Assembly: GCA_000004985.1 (NCBI GenBank)
Contig: GG739408.1
Source: Naegleria gruberi
Taxonomy: Eukaryota
DNA length: 1,480 bases
Reading direction: 5' to 3' (one strand)
The position numbers and the translations under genes are program-made. The notes beneath the pieces were generated by a model, which saw only the letters and a list, made by a program, of their open reading frames with translations, did no database searches and was not told the DNA's origin. Shown one piece after another: positions 1 through 1,480 of the stretch (position 1 is the stretch's first letter; every line of letters starts with the position of its first letter).

Positions 1-1
1 A

Positions 2-304
2 ACAGAAATTGCCAAATTGAAGGAAGAAGGTTTACTCGACTTGGATCTCGATGAAGAAGATAAGGAACAAGCTGATGAAAAGAAGATTGTTCACACAGAA
101 AATGAATGGGGTATTGAAATTGTTGCTGATGAAGTTGAAGATATTGACATTCACTCACATGCTCATCGTCATGAAGATTTATCACACGGTCTCGAATATC
201 AATACGAACATCACAATAAGAAGGTTGATGAGAAGGAATTGGTAAATGTTGAAAATCAAGATTTGGATGAACTGATGAAACAATTGAATGAATCAATGAT
301 GTAA
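2..304 (+). CDS. 3' end of a protein-coding gene (5' end outside window). Product unknown. The C-terminal region is strongly acidic (D/E-rich) with a His-rich patch (IHSHAHRHEDLSHGLEYQYEHH). Possible metal-binding or disordered tail.
   Basis: Frame 2 is open from base 2 (TEIAKLKEEGLLDLDLDEEDKEQADEKKIVHTENEWGIEIVADEVEDIDIHSHAHRHEDLSHGLEYQYEHHNKKVDEKELVNVENQDLDELMKQLNESMM*), with TAA at 302-304. The 'M' at 17 in the ORF track is a TTG codon with no convincing Shine-Dalgarno upstream, so the gene most likely starts upstream of the window. Codon usage (A/T-ending codons, GAA/GAT/AAA-rich) matches the neighbouring gene. No family recognised from the tail alone. Confidence 0.6.
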   Translation, partial: TEIAKLKEEGLLDLDLDEEDKEQADEKKIVHTENEWGIEIVADEVEDIDIHSHAHRHEDLSHGLEYQYEHHNKKVDEKELVNVENQDLDELMKQLNESMM

Positions 305-306
305 AG

Positions 307-333
307 TTTATTGTACAATAAATTGAATTTTTT
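307..333 (+). terminator. Perfect 16-bp AT-only palindrome (tttattgtacaataaa, 307-322), followed 5 nt later by T6 (328-333). It lies 3 nt after the + gene's stop in a convergent intergenic spacer. It is a candidate weak hairpin terminator or 3'-end signal for the + gene, or possibly a protein-binding palindrome.
   Basis: The sequence is its own reverse complement over 16 bp. It could form a 6-7 bp A/U-only stem with a 2-4 nt loop, which is thermodynamically weak. The T-run does not abut the stem. The position between two converging stop codons (304 and 408) is where a terminator is expected. Confidence 0.3.
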
Positions 334-407
334 CATATTATCAAAGCTCCAAAGTTCAATAAGCTTGATTTTCATTGGGTGTAAAAATTGGGTTTAGTAA
401 CTTCAGG

Positions 408-1480
408 TTAGTGGTTCAATAATCTCAAAACAGCCTGTTGTGCATCTTTGGATAATTGATTTGCTGCTTTCAGATACCAGTCCAATGCTTTCTCCATTAG
501 ATTTTCACGTTCATACATTCGTCCCAACATAAATTGAGCTTGCGTGTATCCTTTAACAGCTGCCATTTCCATCCAATAGAATGCATTCTCTTTGGATTTT
601 GCAACTCCTTTACCACAATAATATAAATTTCCCAATAAAAACTGAGCTTCGGGAATGCCCTGAATGGCAGATTTTTGACACCATTCACATGCTTTCTCAT
701 ACGATAGTTTAATTCCATGTCCCTTAGCATATAACAATCCTAAATAACTTTGAGCTTGTGCATATCCTTGAACAGCTGATTTTTCAAACCATTCAAAAGC
801 TTTCTCCAAAGATTGTTCAACTCCTTGTCCATGATAAAACATTATTCCCAACTCTGTTTGAGCTTGTATATGGTCTTGATTGGCAGATTTTTGAAAGAAT
901 TCGAAAGCTTTCTCATAAGATTGCTCAATTCCTTGTCCATTCTTATAACGAAGTCCTAAGTTATATTGAGCACACTTGTTGTTTTGATTGGCTGCTTTTT
1001 GAAAACATTCACATGCTTTGTCATAGGATTGGTAAATACCTTTACCTTTCAAATACAGTATTCCTAAATGGTTTTGAGCTTGAGCATAATCTTGTTCTAC
1101 AGCTTTTTCAATCCATTCGAAAGCTTTCTCATTGGATTGCTCAATGCCCTCTCCATTCTTATAACGAAGTCCTAAATGAAGTTGTGAATGCACAAACCCA
1201 TGACTCGCTGATTCATAAAGTAATTGTAACGATTTCTCATTCGAAATTGGCACACCTAAACCTTTCTGATACATGTGACTCAAGTAATACTTTGACATTG
1301 TGGACATTCCAAAATTACAAGCTTTTTCAAAATATTCAACTGCATTTTCATAAGATTTCTCAATCCCAAATCCAAAATAGTACATTAATCCTAAATTGTA
1401 AATTGATTTTCCATGATTTCCCTTTGCTGCTTTTTGAAACCATTTAAATGCCCTTTCATATGATGTTTCAAGATGATCCT
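408..1480 (-). CDS. Sel1-like repeat (SLR / TPR-like) protein, N-terminus outside the window. At least 9 complete 36-aa Sel1 repeats plus a partial repeat at the window edge.
   Basis: The minus-strand frame is open from 1480 down to TAA (plus-strand tta at 408-410). The C-terminus reads ...LRLLNH*. The translation has tandem 36-aa units matching the Sel1 consensus, for example YAQAQNHLGILYLKGKGIYQSYDKACECFQKAANQN, HIQAQTELGIMFYHGQGVEQSLEKAFEWFEKSAVQG and YAQAQSYLGLLYAKGHGIKLSYEKACEWCQKSAIQG. Translating 1386-1480 on the minus strand gives ...DHLETSYERAFKWFQKAAKGNHGKSIYNLGL before the track's Met. This is a well-formed Sel1 repeat with no stop, so Met1385 is internal and the real start lies beyond base 1480. 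Confidence 0.9.
   Translation of the reverse strand, partial: DHLETSYERAFKWFQKAAKGNHGKSIYNLGLMYYFGFGIEKSYENAVEYFEKACNFGMSTMSKYYLSHMYQKGLGVPISNEKSLQLLYESASHGFVHSQLHLGLRYKNGEGIEQSNEKAFEWIEKAVEQDYAQAQNHLGILYLKGKGIYQSYDKACECFQKAANQNNKCAQYNLGLRYKNGQGIEQSYEKAFEFFQKSANQDHIQAQTELGIMFYHGQGVEQSLEKAFEWFEKSAVQGYAQAQSYLGLLYAKGHGIKLSYEKACEWCQKSAIQGIPEAQFLLGNLYYCGKGVAKSKENAFYWMEMAAVKGYTQAQFMLGRMYERENLMEKALDWYLKAANQLSKDAQQAVLRLLNH
899..959. repeat. Intragenic direct repeat, copy A. It is 61 bp and 92% identical to copy B at a +216-bp offset. It encodes the LGLRYKNG(E)GIEQS(N)EKAFEW part of one Sel1 repeat.
   Basis: Base-by-base alignment of 899-959 against 1115-1175 gives 56/61 identities. Mismatches are at 917, 918, 930, 933 and 935. 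Both copies share ttcgaaagctttctcat and ttcttataacgaagtcctaa. Confidence 0.85.
1115..1175. repeat. Intragenic direct repeat, copy B. It encodes LGLRYKNGQGIEQSYEKAFEF and sits exactly two Sel1 repeats (216 bp) from copy A.
   Basis: Same alignment as copy A. The offset of 216 bp equals 2 x 108 bp, which keeps the reading frame and the repeat register. Confidence 0.85.

Noticed and set aside
17-19. TTG at 17 as the start codon of the + gene (a 95-aa stand-alone protein)
   Set aside because: The frame is open all the way back to base 2, and no Shine-Dalgarno-like purine run precedes 17. A 5'-truncated larger gene is the simpler reading, though an internal start cannot be excluded without upstream sequence.
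51-245. A 64-aa ORF on the + strand in frame 3, overlapping the acidic-tail gene
   Set aside because: It is embedded out of frame in the longer open frame that enters from the window edge. The Lys/Leu-rich translation is what a GAA/GAT-rich sequence gives in an alternative frame.
341-368. A short inverted repeat aagct...agctt (344-348 and 362-366) as a terminator for the minus-strand gene
   Set aside because: It has only 5 bp of stem and a 13-nt loop, largely reflects two AAGCTT-like hexamers, and has no adjacent U-tract on the minus-strand transcript. That is too weak to call.
374-393. A 7-bp direct repeat attgggt x2 just downstream of the Sel1 stop
   Set aside because: It is short, has only two copies, and shows no partner inverted repeat or flanking mobile-element features. 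It could be a binding site but cannot be told apart from chance in AT-rich spacer.
497-730. A 77-aa ORF on the - strand in a different frame inside the Sel1 gene
   Set aside because: It lies out of frame with, and fully inside, the high-confidence Sel1 CDS on the same strand. The translation has no recognisable features, so it is spurious.
1383-1385. ATG at 1383-1385 (minus strand) as the start of the Sel1 gene
   Set aside because: The upstream in-frame translation (ERAFKWFQKAAKGNHGKSIYNLGL) is a well-formed Sel1 repeat with no stop before the window edge. This Met is therefore the conserved Met/Leu position inside the LGxMY motif, not the initiator.
758-1447. A 229-aa ORF on the + strand lying entirely inside the Sel1 gene, antisense to it
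   Set aside because: Its translation (MHILEQLIFQTIQKLSPKIVQLLVHDK...) is low-complexity and repeats with the same period as the Sel1 repeats. This is what the reverse complement of a repeated, codon-biased sense strand produces. It has no start context or homology signal, while the minus-strand frame gives a textbook Sel1 protein. Long antisense ORFs are a known by-product of repetitive A/T-biased coding sequence.
1-1480. A novel multi-gene system (defence, secretion or toxin-antitoxin)
   Set aside because: The window holds only two convergent, truncated genes, with no operon structure, no enzymatic domains and no arrays. Nothing visible supports a system-level call. The Sel1 gene is reported as a single-gene candidate only.

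Overview
This 1480-bp window has low GC (roughly 36-38% by eye). It holds two convergent, partial protein-coding genes separated by a 103-bp AT-rich spacer (305-407). The + strand gene (2..304) is 5'-truncated by the window edge. It reads in frame from base 2 with no upstream stop and ends at TAA 302-304. The visible part is a strongly acidic, His-rich C-terminal tail (...DLDLDEEDKEQADEKK...IHSHAHRHEDLSHGLEYQYEHH...MM*), and I do not recognise the family. The - strand gene (408..1480) is N-terminally truncated by the right window edge, because its frame stays open and well formed to base 1480, so the Met at 1385 is internal. It encodes an unmistakable Sel1-like repeat (SLR, TPR-like) protein with about 9-10 tandem 36-aa repeats of the form 'AQ..LG.[ML]Y..G.G[IV]..[SN]..KA.EW..K[AS]A.QG'. 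Two of its repeats share 61 bp at 92% DNA identity at an exact 216-bp (two-repeat) offset. The spacer carries a perfect 16-bp AT-only palindrome (307-322) followed by a T6 run. The other ORFs in the six-frame track (51..245 +, 497..730 -, 758..1447 +) overlap the two real genes out of frame or antisense, and I judge them spurious. I see no CRISPR array, tRNA or rRNA, mobile-element ends or multi-gene system in this window. The only candidate of special interest is the Sel1-repeat gene, which may be a eukaryotic-like host-interaction protein. The window is too small and too truncated to support calling a novel system. Source organism is uncertain; composition fits a low-GC bacterium such as a Legionella-like or amoeba-associated lineage, or possibly a giant virus.
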